From Octopus sinensis (taxonomy: Eukaryota): DNA of 64,000 bases. A model generated the notes under the pieces. It was given only the letters and a program-made list of their open reading frames with translations. It had not been told where the DNA came from and searched no databases. The position numbers and the translations under genes are program-made. Positions 37,806-49,720 of the stretch are shown piece after piece. How positions within the stretch are numbered: the first letter of the stretch is position 1; each line of letters opens with the position of its first letter. Location: contig NC_043002.1 of NCBI RefSeq assembly GCF_006345805.1, positions 74,028,001 to 74,092,000 of the forward strand. The letters run 5' to 3'.

Positions 37806-38894
37806 TAAATTATATAAATTTATTGTTTTAGTTTTATGACTTTAAACTGTTGTCAGCAGATGGTTTCAAATTCAAATCCAGGAGCAATTTCAACTGCAGG
37901 TAAGGGTTTTTCCCATGTCTGACATGAAGGCTTATTTATTAGCTCATAGAATGTTGTATTTATCAAGGTATGTTAAAACATAAAATTTAAAACAAAAGAG
38001 CAAGATGTTTGTTCCCATTTCTCTTGAGTGTTGTAATGATCTATGAGCAGTTTAATTGAGATTTAGAGAATTTATATCTTATCAGGTAAAAATAAATAAA
38101 TAAATAAATAAATACATAAAAGCAAACAGAAAAGAAATTTTTTATTCACATTGTGTAAAAAGAAATTGTAATAAAATTGTTAATCATGCTAAACCAAGTA
38201 TGTTATGTGTGTCAGTAGGCAGTCTGTCTACCATTGCGTGTCATAGAAGATGCTTTTCTTGTGGTCACTTGACTTGCTAGAAATAGCAGTAAAATCTTCA
38301 AATTACACTCTGTTGACTTTAAAAATGGATCCATTGGACAAACTTGTCCTAGGTATACTGTACCAGGAAAAAAAATTACAATAAAAAAGAATTGATCACA
38401 GTTGAAACAGCTTTTATCAGAATTTTTCTTCATCATGTCTAGCCTGGAGCTAAACAACAGTCAGTTCCCTTGTGAGATGTGAGGTGTGATGTAAAGAAGT
38501 AATGAGAAGACATTCAAAGAAGAATTGTAGTAAAATTATATAAAAAGAATTTTGCTGTTGTCTTTAAATCAATTGAATTGAATCATGGTTTATTCTACAT
38601 TGGATGTCAATTAAATTGATCATGTTTGACTTTGGAGATGTTGACAAGTCCTGGGGGTGGAGGTAATTTAATTGACTAACCCAGAAGTAATTTAATTGAC
38701 TAACCCAGGGATGGGGAATCTTTCTGTGATTGAAGGTCACCCTACAATTCATCATCCCTCATAGAGGCGGCATTGAACAAATTGTTATTTTTTTATTTAG
38801 TTATTTTATCCCCTAAGTAATCTATTAGTAATCTAATAAAAGAAAGACAGGTGTGTAGAAATCGAAAAGCATGACTTTTCAAATATTTTATTAT

Positions 38895-39007
38895 AGGTGC
38901 AGGAGTGGCTGTGTGGTAACTAGCTTGCTTACCAACCACATGGTTCCGGGTTCAGTCCAAAGCCTTGTGAGTGGATTTGGTAGATGGAAACTGAAAGAAG
39001 ACCTTCT

Positions 39008-39092
<85 letters not shown>

Positions 39093-39347
39093 CACATATA
39101 TATATGTATGTATGTATGTATGTGTATGTATATGTTTGTGTGTCTGCGTTTGTTCCCCCAACATCGCTTGACAACCGATGCTGGTGTGTTTACTTCCCCG
39201 TCAATTAGTGGTTCAGCAAGAGATACCGATAGAATAAATACTAGGCTTACAAAGAATAAGTCCTGGGGTTGATTTGCTCGACTAAAGGTGGTGCTCCAGC
39301 ATGGCCACAGTGAAATTACTGAAACAAATAAAAGAATAAAAGAATAA
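38895..39347 (+). mobile_element. SINE family A copy with expanded (TA)n
   Basis: Homologous to 57780-58196 with a small internal deletion. Confidence 0.85.
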
Positions 39348-39419
39348 GTAAGTAGGTACCTTGTATACAAGTAATAAGTATATGAATAATAATCTTATGA
39401 AAAAGACAGCTTATGAACA

Positions 39420-42110
39420 TTGAGAATATATAGTTTAGGCAAGTAAGTACTTTTTAAACAAAGTAATGACTTCTTTGAATTTGCTTTTTTTGAGAAAGCA
39501 TTTTGATATCAGGCTCTAACATAATGGTTCTTAGTTTCAATTGGTCCTCCAAATGCTCATCTGTCAATTTCCTTCTCAGCCAATTCTTGATTTGTATCAA
39601 GAAGGAGAATGTGGATTCACAACACTATGTGGAAGAAAAGCAGGAGATTAGTCGGTGTGCGTGTTCATGAAGATGAGGATATTCTACCGCATTTTTCCAA
39701 ATTTCTATAGGATTTTCCCTTTTGTCAAACAGAGATTTCAGGATATTATCTTCAGACATTCCAATAAACTCCATTTGTAATTCATTGGGAGCCTCTGAAA
39801 CATCAATTAGGTGAGGCTGAAAAGCAAGTTTCAGAGTGGTGTTATGTTTTTCAAAATCATTGAATCTTTTATTATATTCTTCTATTAATGAGTCTAAAAC
39901 TGACTCATCATCATCATTTAACGTCTGCTTTCCATGCTATCATGGATTGGACAATTTGACTGAGGACTAGCGAATCAGATGGCTGCACCAGGCTCCAATC
40001 TTGATCTGGCAGAGTTTCTATAACTGGATGCTTTTCTTAATGCCAACCACTCTGAGAGTGTAATGGGTGCTTTTACGTGCCACCAGCACAAGGGCCAGTC
40101 AGGCAGTACTGGCAATAGCCACACTCAAATGGTCCTTTTTACATGCCACCTGCACTGGAGCCAGTCCAACGGCACTGTCAATGACCTCGCTCGAATGTTT
40201 TTTTCCCGTGCCATTAAAGCGACACTGGTAATGATCACACTTGAATGGTTTCTTTTACGTGCCACCAGCATGGAAGCCAGTTAGCCACTCTGGCAACGAT
40301 CATGCTCGGATGGTGCTCTTAGAGCTCCACTAGCACGGATGCCAGTCATCGAACTTGATTTCAATTTCGATTTCACTTGCCTCAACAGGTCTTCGCAAGG
40401 AGAGTTTAGTGTCCAATGAAGGAAAGGTACGCATAAGTGGGCTGGTTACACACCTGGCATAGGCCACAAGGTTATGGTCTCATATAGTTTGCCAGGTCTT
40501 CTCAAGCACAGCATATTTCCAAAAGTCTCAGTCACTAGTCATTGCCTCGGTGAGACCTAATGTTCGAAGGTCGTGCTTCACCACTTCATCCCAGGTCTTC
40601 CTGGGTCTACCTCTTCCACAAGTTCCCTCAACCATTAGAGTGTGGAACTTTTTCACACAGCTATCCTCATCCATTCTCGCCACATGACCATACCAGTGTA
40701 GACATCTCTCTTGCACACCATATCTGATGCTTCTTAGGTCCAACTTTTCTCTCATTCTTCAAAAGATTCATAAATATCTTCATTTTCACTCATTACTTTT
40801 GTAAGCTGAGGAAAGTGTTCTTCTGAAAGTTTTGATTGAGGTGAAAGGAATTTGAAAAATGACAATTTTTTTCTAAATGCACAAACTTTTTACCACATAT
40901 CATAAATACATTTATTTTTGCCTTTCAACAAAATGTTTAACTCATTTTGTTTTGACATCACATCACATAAAAATGCAACATCTCTGTAAAAGTTTGGATC
41001 TGACTAATCACAATGCTTGTTGTTTTCTTTGAAAAAGTCAATTATTTGCCTTCATAAAGACAAAATTTTGACCAATAATTTCCCTTGAGACAACCAGCGT
41101 ACTTTTGAGTGATAAAGCAAATCCACTTCGTCATACATCATCAACAGGTTTCAAAATTGACAATGCTTCAGGGCATTTGCTCAAATATAGTTTACAATAC
41201 TTATAACTTTCTGCAAAGTGTCTTTTAAAATGACAGATTTTGCACAGAGATTTTGCTGATGTAAAATACAATGAAAAGAAATCAGTACATTTGGTTCTTT
41301 GGTTACTTTTTTAAGATGTGCAATAAATACATCATTTTCAGCCATCATAGCTGGAGCACCATCTGTGCACACACTTATCAAATTAGTAAAATTTAGTCCT
41401 ACTTTATGACATTGTTCTTTGAAGATGTTAAAAATATCGCATATTTCCTTTAAGAGCGCCTAAAGCAAATAATTCATCATATAATTGAAAATCATCAGTT
41501 ATAGCACGAATAAAATACAATACTTGTGCTGAATCTGTGGAATCTGTTGAGTCATCCAATGCTACTGAGCAATATAAATTTTCTTTTTGGATTATATTTT
41601 TCAATTGCTCTGTTACATTACAGGCCAATTCATGTTATCAGTCTGTATCAATCCTTCTTGAAAGAGGCACCCCCTTTATATTTGTTAACTTTATTGGAAT
41701 CTATACATCCTACCACTTCTAAAATACATTCCTTTATGAGTTCTGCATCGCTTAAGAATGGCTTACCTCTTTTTCCAAGTAAATATGCAACTTTATAGCT
41801 GGCTTCTGTTGTAGCATTCCCTTGATGCAACACATTGAAAAAAATTGTCTTTGCTTCTGTTTTCCATCTTTTAATTTCTGTAATAATATCTGTTGAGGCT
41901 CACTTTCTAATTTGACATATGTATTGTCTTTATGAAGAGCATAATGTTGCTGTGCATTGAATTTCTTAACCATCACAATTGCAGTATCACAAAACAAGCA
42001 AGATATTTTGCTTCCACTGTTTACTAAAAAATATTGTAGTTCCCATTCTTCATTGAAGATCCTGTTTTCTTCTTTCAAAGTTTGTTTTAATTTTTTTGAC
42101 ATAATTATAA
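39420..42110 (-). pseudogene. Decayed hAT transposase (SPIN/Charlie, GTF2IRD2-like), interrupted by an RTE insertion
   Basis: N-terminal FNEEWELQYF...CLFC...HY; VALDDSTD; ISVCTDGAPAM; FHCILHQQNLCAK; LLYHSKVRWLSQG; C-terminal FSST*CCESTFS...LTDEHLEDQLKLRT at 39450-39900; many stops and frameshifts; no TIRs found. Confidence 0.9.
39904..40755 (-). mobile_element. 5'-truncated RTE LINE inserted in the hAT relic
   Basis: ORF 40528..40755 matches the end of RTE ORF2 at 52210-52440, followed by the UTR and (ATG)n tail; CTCAT at both junctions. Confidence 0.92.
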
Positions 42111-42464
42111 ATTAAAAAGACATGTATTTCTTCTGAAAAACAATAATAAAAAAAAAAGTTTAATAATGAATTAGTAAAGCCAGCTGCACACTGACCCAAA
42201 TAAAACAGTCTTATACAAGACTCGATAAACTTACATCATCTAAAACCATGTTTTTGATTTTGACTTTAGCAATTTCTACTACCATTCAAGATTGAACAAC
42301 ATCTAGATTAGCTATAATTTTTTTTCTGTAATTAGTACTATTATTTATCATTACCTAATTGTTACAGAAATAACGTCAAATATCAACGGTTTCCAACATC
42401 ACAACATAATGACAATTGTTGAAGATATGACCAAGTTTCCAAGAACATAGTTTTGAATGCTGAT

Positions 42465-42898
42465 TTAGCATGCCAGGCAGAATGCTTAGCAACATTTCAT
42501 CCATCTTTATGTTCTGAGTTCAAATACCACTGAGGTCAACTCTGTTTTTCATCCTTTAGGAGTTGAAAAAAGTACCGTTTAAGGACTGAGATCACTATAA
42601 TTGATGAGCCTGTTTCCTCCAAATTGCTGGCCTTGTGCCTGCAGTAGAATTGATCATTATTATGATTGTTATTATTGTTGATTTGACTCGGGCAGTGAGC
42701 TGGCTGAATCATTAGCACACTGGGCGAAATGCTTAGTGGTCTTTTGTCTGTCATGTTCTGAGTTCAAATTCTACTGGGGTTGACTTTGCCTTTCATCCTT
42801 TCAGGGTCAATTAATTAAGTACCAGTTACACACTGGTGTCATGTAATCAACTTGATCCTTTCCCCCAAACTTGAGACCTTGTGCTTCCAGGAGAAAGG

Positions 42899-42949
<51 letters not shown>

Positions 42950-43141
42950 GTGAGTTGACAGAATCGTTAGTACTCTGGGCAAAATGCTTCGCAGCATTTT
43001 GTTTGTCTTTACATTCTGAGTTCAAATTCCATTGAGATCGCCTTTGCCTTTCATCCTTTTGGACTTGATTAAATAAGTACTAGTTGAACACTGAGGTTCA
43101 TTATTATAATAACTATTATTATTATTATTATTATTATTATT

Positions 43142-43194
<53 letters not shown>

Positions 43195-43426
43195 AAAGGT
43201 AGCAAGCTGGTATAATCATTAGCATGCCAGACAAAATGCTTAGCAACATTTTTTCTGGCTTTACATTCAGAGTTCAAATGCCACCAAGGTCAACTTTACC
43301 ATTCATCCTTTCAGGGTTGATAAAATAGGTACCATTTGAGTACTAGGGGCAATGTAATCAACTTTACCCCTACCACCAAATTCAGGCCTTGTGCCTATAG
43401 TAGAAAAAATATTGTAGTTGTTGTTG

Positions 43427-43460
<34 letters not shown>

Positions 43461-43660
43461 GGTGGCAAACTGGCAGTATTGTTAGTATATCGGGTGAAAT
43501 GCTTAGTGATATTTCATCAGTCTTTATGTTCTGAGTTCAAATTCCGCCAAGGCTGACTTTGTCTTTCATCCTTTTAGGGTCGATGAAATAAGTACCAATC
43601 AAGTGTTGGGGTCAATGTAACTGACTAGTCCTCTCCCCAAAATTTCAGTAGAGAGGATTA
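42465..43660 (+). mobile_element. Head-to-tail cluster of about five SINE family B copies separated by (ATT)n/(ATC)n
   Basis: Copies start near 42465, 42690, 42945, 43195 and 43460; further pieces at 44060-44180 and 45000-45030. Confidence 0.8.
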
Positions 43661-43670
43661 TTATTATTAT

Positions 43671-44058
43671 TGAGTGAGAGAGCAGTGAATGCCATCAAAG
43701 TGACACTGGGCTAAAATATACGAAGCTCGGTATAGTATATCTTTTGTGATTATCTATCTGATAAGGATACACCAGGCACATGCATCACAACTATCTGTGT
43801 GCAATATGGTGATCTCATATCACGATAAACAGTGCATAACCTTGCAGGTGGAGGCCCAGTTAGAATTTTCTTCAGATTGAGTAACCCATCCCGCTCAAAA
43901 GGTCCCTGAATAAGGGTTGTTCTGCAGGTTGAGTAGCTCATCCCACTCAAAAGGTCCCTGAATAAGGCAATAGAGGTGAATTGTTCAAACCCCAAAAGAT
44001 TTCTCTCAACACATGGCTATGATGCTCCCACACTACTTCTGCTTGTGATCATATCTGC
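43671..44058 (-). mobile_element. (AAT)n-associated non-coding dispersed repeat (family F), partial
   Basis: Homologous to 45239-45620, with an internal duplication of the cccatcccgctcaaaaggtccctgaataagg block. Confidence 0.7.
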
Positions 44059-44188
44059 TGGGGTCGACTGCCTTTCATCCTTTCAGGGTCAGTTAAATAA
44101 GTACCAGTTATGCACTCGAGTTGATGTAATCGACTTAATTCCTTACCCCAAATTTCAGGCCTTGTGCTTCCAGGAGAAAGGATTACTA

Positions 44189-44219
<31 letters not shown>

Positions 44220-44241
44220 TATTATTATTATTATTATTATT

Positions 44242-44926
44242 CAGTAGTTTTATTTTTATAGCGTGCTTTCACTTCACTACCGAGCGCAGCTCTGTGTGCC
44301 TTGGGTATGTGCTGTGATTTGTTGTGATGCTCTGATGGTTATTGTATGGAAAGTGTTCTGCGTAGGATGTGTGCAGTGCCTAGTAGTGCAATTTTCTGTA
44401 TGTTATATGTGTTTGTAAGTCCTGCTGTTTTTGTTATGTATTTGTCTGAATATTTTTTTATCATGCCTATGATAGGAATTGTTTCTGTTTTCAGGTTCCA
44501 CATTCTAGTTACCTCTATTTCCAGGTCTTTGTATTTTGAGAGTTTCTCCATTTCTTTTAGAGACACGTTGTCATCTGCCGGTATTGATACATCAATTAGA
44601 AAGCATTTTTTTTCTTCATGATCTCTGACAACTATATCTGGTCTGTTGGCCTTAATTTCTCTATCTGTGTGTATCGGCATATCCCAGAGTATGGTTGCTT
44701 TCTCGTTTTCTGTGACCTTTTCTGGTGTGTGCTTATACCATCTTTTTTCTGTTGTTATTCCATAATGTTGGCATAGCTTCCAATGTATGTAGGTTCCAAC
44801 TCTGTCATGTCTGTGAATATATTCCTTCTTAGCCAGGACTGGGCAGCTAGAGATAATATGATTTATTGTTTCGTGTCCATCTCCACATATTCTGCAGTTA
44901 CTTGTAATATTTCTTTTCATTACATG

Positions 44927-44929
<3 letters not shown>
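44242..44929 (-). mobile_element. 5'-truncated R4/Dong-clade retrotransposon (CCHC knuckle plus restriction-like endonuclease) in an (AAT)n microsatellite
   Basis: CRICGDGHETINHIISSC, RHDRV, NRPDIVV...LIDVSIP...EKLSKY, QKIALLGTAHILRRTL; ORF uninterrupted; (ATT)n on both sides (44182-44241, 44929-44999). Confidence 0.9.
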
Positions 44930-45004
<75 letters not shown>

Positions 45005-45238
45005 GTGAGTTGGTAGAATTGTTAGTGCACACACATGCTCAACTGGTTAGAGTCAAGCAACTGAGAAACAAATCTGTGGTATTGAGCAGAATATTTGCTG
45101 TAGCCCATCTTTTATACCAAGACAAAACATGTACATGATAACACTTCTAATCAGTTAAGATCAAAAGCCATGTGAGCACTGCCTGGTACAGCATCAGGGC
45201 ATTTATTATTATTATCATTATTATTATTATTATTATCA

Positions 45239-45715
45239 TTGAGTGAGAGAGCAGTTCATGCCATCAAAGTGACACTGGGGTAAAATATACAAAGCCCAAT
45301 ATACCCATCATGACTACCCGTCTGATAAAGGTACACCAGGCACATGCATCACAACCATATGTGCGCGACATGGTGATCTCATATCAAGATAAACAGCACA
45401 TGACCTTGCAGGTGGGGCCCAGTTAGAATTTTCTTCAGGTTGAGTAGCCCATCCCGCTCAAACGGTCCCTGAATAAGGGTTGTTTAAGAATGTTGAAAGA
45501 ACCACCCATGTTTCCAGAGGTGAACTATTCAAACCCCAAAGAATCCCTCTCAACACATGGCTATGATGCTCCCCCACTACTTCTGCTTGTGATCAGAGAT
45601 GTACATATCGTCAGCCACTAAGGGACATGCTCAACTGGTTAAGGTCAAACAACTGACAAGCAAATCTGTGGTATTGAGCAGAATATTTGCTGTAGCCCAT
45701 CTTTTATACTAAGAC
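45239..45715 (-). mobile_element. (AAT)n-flanked non-coding dispersed repeat (family F)
   Basis: Bounded by (ATT)n on both sides; an overlapping piece extending the 5' end lies at 45030-45203. Confidence 0.75.
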
Positions 45716-45776
<61 letters not shown>

Positions 45777-47602
45777 GTTCCATCCTTTGTAAATCTAAGG
45801 CATGGAGCTTCTATAAGAACTGAATGAATAAATAAATAAATCAGTCACTCACTCAATTGATCAATCAGTCAGTCATCATCATCGTCACCATCATCCACAT
45901 CATGATTATCAACTTCGTTGTCATCATCATCATCATCCTCATCATTGTAAATGCAACAGGAAGAGTCACTCCTGGATTGAAGTAGTCTGGCCAGTCAGAT
46001 TCTGATTGGCCAGATTACGTCAGTGAGGATGGTGTAAAGAATACATTGTGTGTATGTGTGTATCTGTATGTGTGTGTATCTGTATGTGTGTGTATCTGTA
46101 TGTGTGTATGTCCTACAAGTGTACATGTGCTTATCAGTATATGTGTGTGGTTACACATATCTGTGTACATTACACATGTGTATATGTATGTATGAGTGTA
46201 TGTGTGTATGTGCATATGTGTGTGTGTGTGTGCACGTGCATGTGTGGTGTGCATGTGTGTATGTATTTGTTGAGTGTTTGGAAGTATGTAGCATTTCAAT
46301 CATTACATTTTGTCAATGAATGTTGTAGAGTATCAGGCTTATTCAAACTGAATTCCTTTCTTGTGATCCAAGTTTCATGTTATAGCAATCACCAGGCAAG
46401 AACTGCTTTTACTCAGTGTAGCTATTCTTTTATATACCCGTTAGTGTGAACGTGTTCATTTCATTACATCTCATGATATGACAGCATGGAAGGTGGACAT
46501 TAAACAGTTCTTTTTGTTGATTTCTATTATTACTTTATTTTGTTAAGTATTTTAGAGTATTTTCTCAGTTTATTTTATTCATTACTTTCTGATTTTGCTT
46601 TGTAATATTATTTTATTTTTGTCTAGTTAGAGTTTCATTTTTCTGGATATGTCATTCTATGAATGCTTGTATTTTGCTTCATTTATGTTTCTTTTTTATC
46701 TTATAAATTTATTTGTTGAAAGCCATTTAATGTTATTTTAGGAATTTTATCTCGTTTGGATTACAGGCATATTTCATGTTTATTAAATTCACTTGTTTTT
46801 ATGAAAATGATAATTTTGTCTCATTGAATACATTTCTTGTTTTACAAATGCGTAGTGTTTTAGCTGCTGGTTGACTTTGTATAGAATGAAATGTTTTTTT
46901 ATGGTTTGTCGGTCAGCCGTCAAGATAATTTTCATAAAAATGAGTGAACTTCATAAATAAGAAATATGTCCTGCCATCCAAAGAAGAAAAGATTCCAAAA
47001 CCTCTTTATTAAAATAGTTCTTTATGAAGAGGCTTATGATAATTAAAAAATAATATATATATATAGATCAACAAATTGAGGCCAGCCATAACCAACAGAA
47101 AAGAACTACATGAAGCGCACTGGTTGGTATAGCAACACCAGTCTGTGCATATCACCTTCTTCCCCAACACATCTGAGCAACGATTTTTGTTTTTTCTTCC
47201 ATCCCTCACTTTTCCGTATGTCCTGAAGAAGGAGTCATAATATCAAAATATAGAAATATAAGGTAGAACTACAAAATTGATTTGTTTTCTTTTCTTTTTG
47301 TAGTTTACTTTATACTTTCTCACATTGTTCTGGCCGTACCCAACAAGTCTCTTTAATGGAATATCACATAATGCTTTACCAAAACTACTCCATATATATC
47401 ATCACCATCATAATCATCATCATCATTTAATATCCATTTTCCATGATGTCATAGGGTTGGATGATTTGACAGGATCTGGCAAGCTGCAGGGCTGCCGAGC
47501 TCTGGTAGCAGCTTTAACATGTTTTCTAAGGTTGGATGCCCTTCCTAATGCTAACCACTTCATACATATATTTATATATGTGTATGTATGAATATGTATA
47601 CA

Positions 47603-47656
<54 letters not shown>

Positions 47657-47874
47657 TCATCGTTTAACGTCTGTTTTCCATGCTGGCATGGGTTTGACGG
47701 TTCGACTGGGGTCTGGAAAGCGAGGAGGCTGCACCAGGCCCCAATCTGATCTGGCAAAATTTCTACAGCTGGATGCCCTCCTTAGCATCAACCATGATCA
47801 GATGGTGCTTTTTACGTGCCATCGGCATGGAAGCCAGTCAAGGCAGCACTGGCTTCGGCCACGTTCGGATGATG

Positions 47875-47907
<33 letters not shown>

Positions 47908-47910
<3 letters not shown>

Positions 47911-48292
47911 TTATATATAAAAGTCAAGTTGTGTGTCTGTCTCCTACGATTTAGATTCCTAACTACTCCCACATTTTGCGGTGCAGTTTAACCAAAACTG
48001 GGAATCTTATAGTCGTGAATCATATCGAGCCCTTCTGGGTATTAGCGCGCATCTACGATGAGTCTACGATTAAAAAAAAAATTTACCATCATTTTTTTCC
48101 ATTTTAATGCATTTTTTCGCTATTATATAAGGGAAGTAACTCTCTAAAAATGTCTACGATGAGTCAACGATTTAAAAAAAATTTACCATCATTTTTTTCC
48201 ATTTTTTTGCTATTTTTTGGCTATAACTCTCTAAAAATGCTTATATAGTTATTGCCCTTACAAACCCGAGCAACGCCGGGCGATACTGCTAG
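47908..48292 (+). mobile_element. Non-autonomous Helitron
   Basis: A|TC start in a TA tract, subterminal hairpin cccgagcaacgccggg (48265-48280), CTAG|T end, no TSD, internal ~90-bp tandem duplication. Confidence 0.78.
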
Positions 48293-48295
48293 TAG

Positions 48296-48451
<156 letters not shown>

Positions 48452-48626
48452 GTATATATACCAATTAAGGACTGAACACGAAAAGGTGGACAGTCAACAT
48501 GCTAGATATAGACGTCAAATCGCCATTCTCCACAAGGATTATGTTCTCAAATAAAAATAAAAATAAAATTCAGCACGACCTAAAGCAATGGATGAGACAA
48601 AAGAATATACTAAATGGAATAATTAC

Positions 48627-48686
48627 CTACGTACTGCAGTTTCAGCTATTAATATCACAAGGATATCTGTAGCTTCATCAGCGTAG
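48627..48686 (-). ncRNA. Type I hammerhead ribozyme motif, intact
   Basis: CUACG CUGAUGA AGCUA-cag-AUAUC-cuugu-GAUAU-uaa-UAGCU GAAA C-UGCA-GUA CGUAG: paired stems I and II, palindromic ACUGCAGU stem III, GUA cleavage triplet. Confidence 0.88.
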
Positions 48687-49138
48687 TTTGTTATGAGCAT
48701 AATATGCTGTACTAGATGAAAAACGGTACCGGAGTCCCGCATGCAAAAAGTACAACCTATTACGTTTGGATGTATCTTTCGAATGCCTCTACTTTTGGCG
48801 CGCTGATAATCGAAAAACTAGCCTGCAGCCAATAATTAGCAGCAGTCAATTTATCGGTTTGAGAACATATATTTCATATTTAAAAATTAAGGGTAGAAAT
48901 TGATATTAGTCAATTAAAACCAGTGGTCTAGCACATTAAAAAGAATCCGAAGATTAAAATATTTATATATACCAATTAAGGACTGAACACGAAAAGGTGG
49001 ACAGTCAACATGCTAGATATAGACGTCAAATCGCCATTCTCCACAAGGATTATGTTCTCAAATAAAAATAAAAATAAAATTCAGCACGACCTAAAGCAAT
49101 GGATGAGACAAAAGAAATATACTAAATGGAATAATTAC

Positions 49139-49198
49139 CTACGTACTGCAGTTTCAGCTATTAATATCACAAGGATATCTGTAGCTTCATCAGCGTAG
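49139..49198 (-). ncRNA. Type I hammerhead ribozyme motif, intact (second copy)
   Basis: Identical to 48627-48686, offset 512 nt. Confidence 0.88.
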
Positions 49199-49657
49199 TT
49201 TGTTATGAGCATAATATGCTGTACTAGATGAAAAACGGTACCGGAGTCCCGCATGCAAAAAGTACAACCTATTACGTTCGGATGTATCTTTCGAATGCCT
49301 CTACTTTTGGCGCGCTGATAATCGAAAAACTAGCCTGCAGCCAATAATTAGCAGCAGTCAATTTATCGGTTTGAGAACATATATTTCATATTTAAAAATT
49401 AAGGGTAGAAATTGATATTAGTCAATTAAAACCAGTGGTCTAGCACATTAAAAAGAATCCGAAGATTAAAATATTTATATATACCAATTAAGGACTGAAC
49501 ACGAAAAGGTGGACAGTCAACATGCTAGATATAGACGTCAAATCGCCATTCTCCACAAGGATTATGTTCTCAAATAAAAATAAAAATAAAATTCAGCACG
49601 ACCTAAAGCAATATATATGTATATATATATTTGTATATATCTATATCTATATTTATA

Positions 49658-49697
<40 letters not shown>

Positions 49698-49720
49698 CAT
49701 ACAGACAAACCTACATATAT

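Larger units (their letters stand above)
48461..49612 (-). repeat. Tandem array of about 2.25 copies of a 511-512-bp hammerhead-bearing unit (retrozyme or Penelope pLTR-like)
   Basis: Units start at 48461, 48972 and 49484; two differences seen between the full units; (TA)n on both flanks. Confidence 0.9.

Noticed and set aside
38662-38710. 24-bp tandem duplication gtaatttaattgactaacccag
   Set aside because: Two copies only; ordinary slippage.
47215-47270. CTGAAGAAGGAG...GAAA possible hammerhead
   Set aside because: Stems I-III cannot be paired convincingly.
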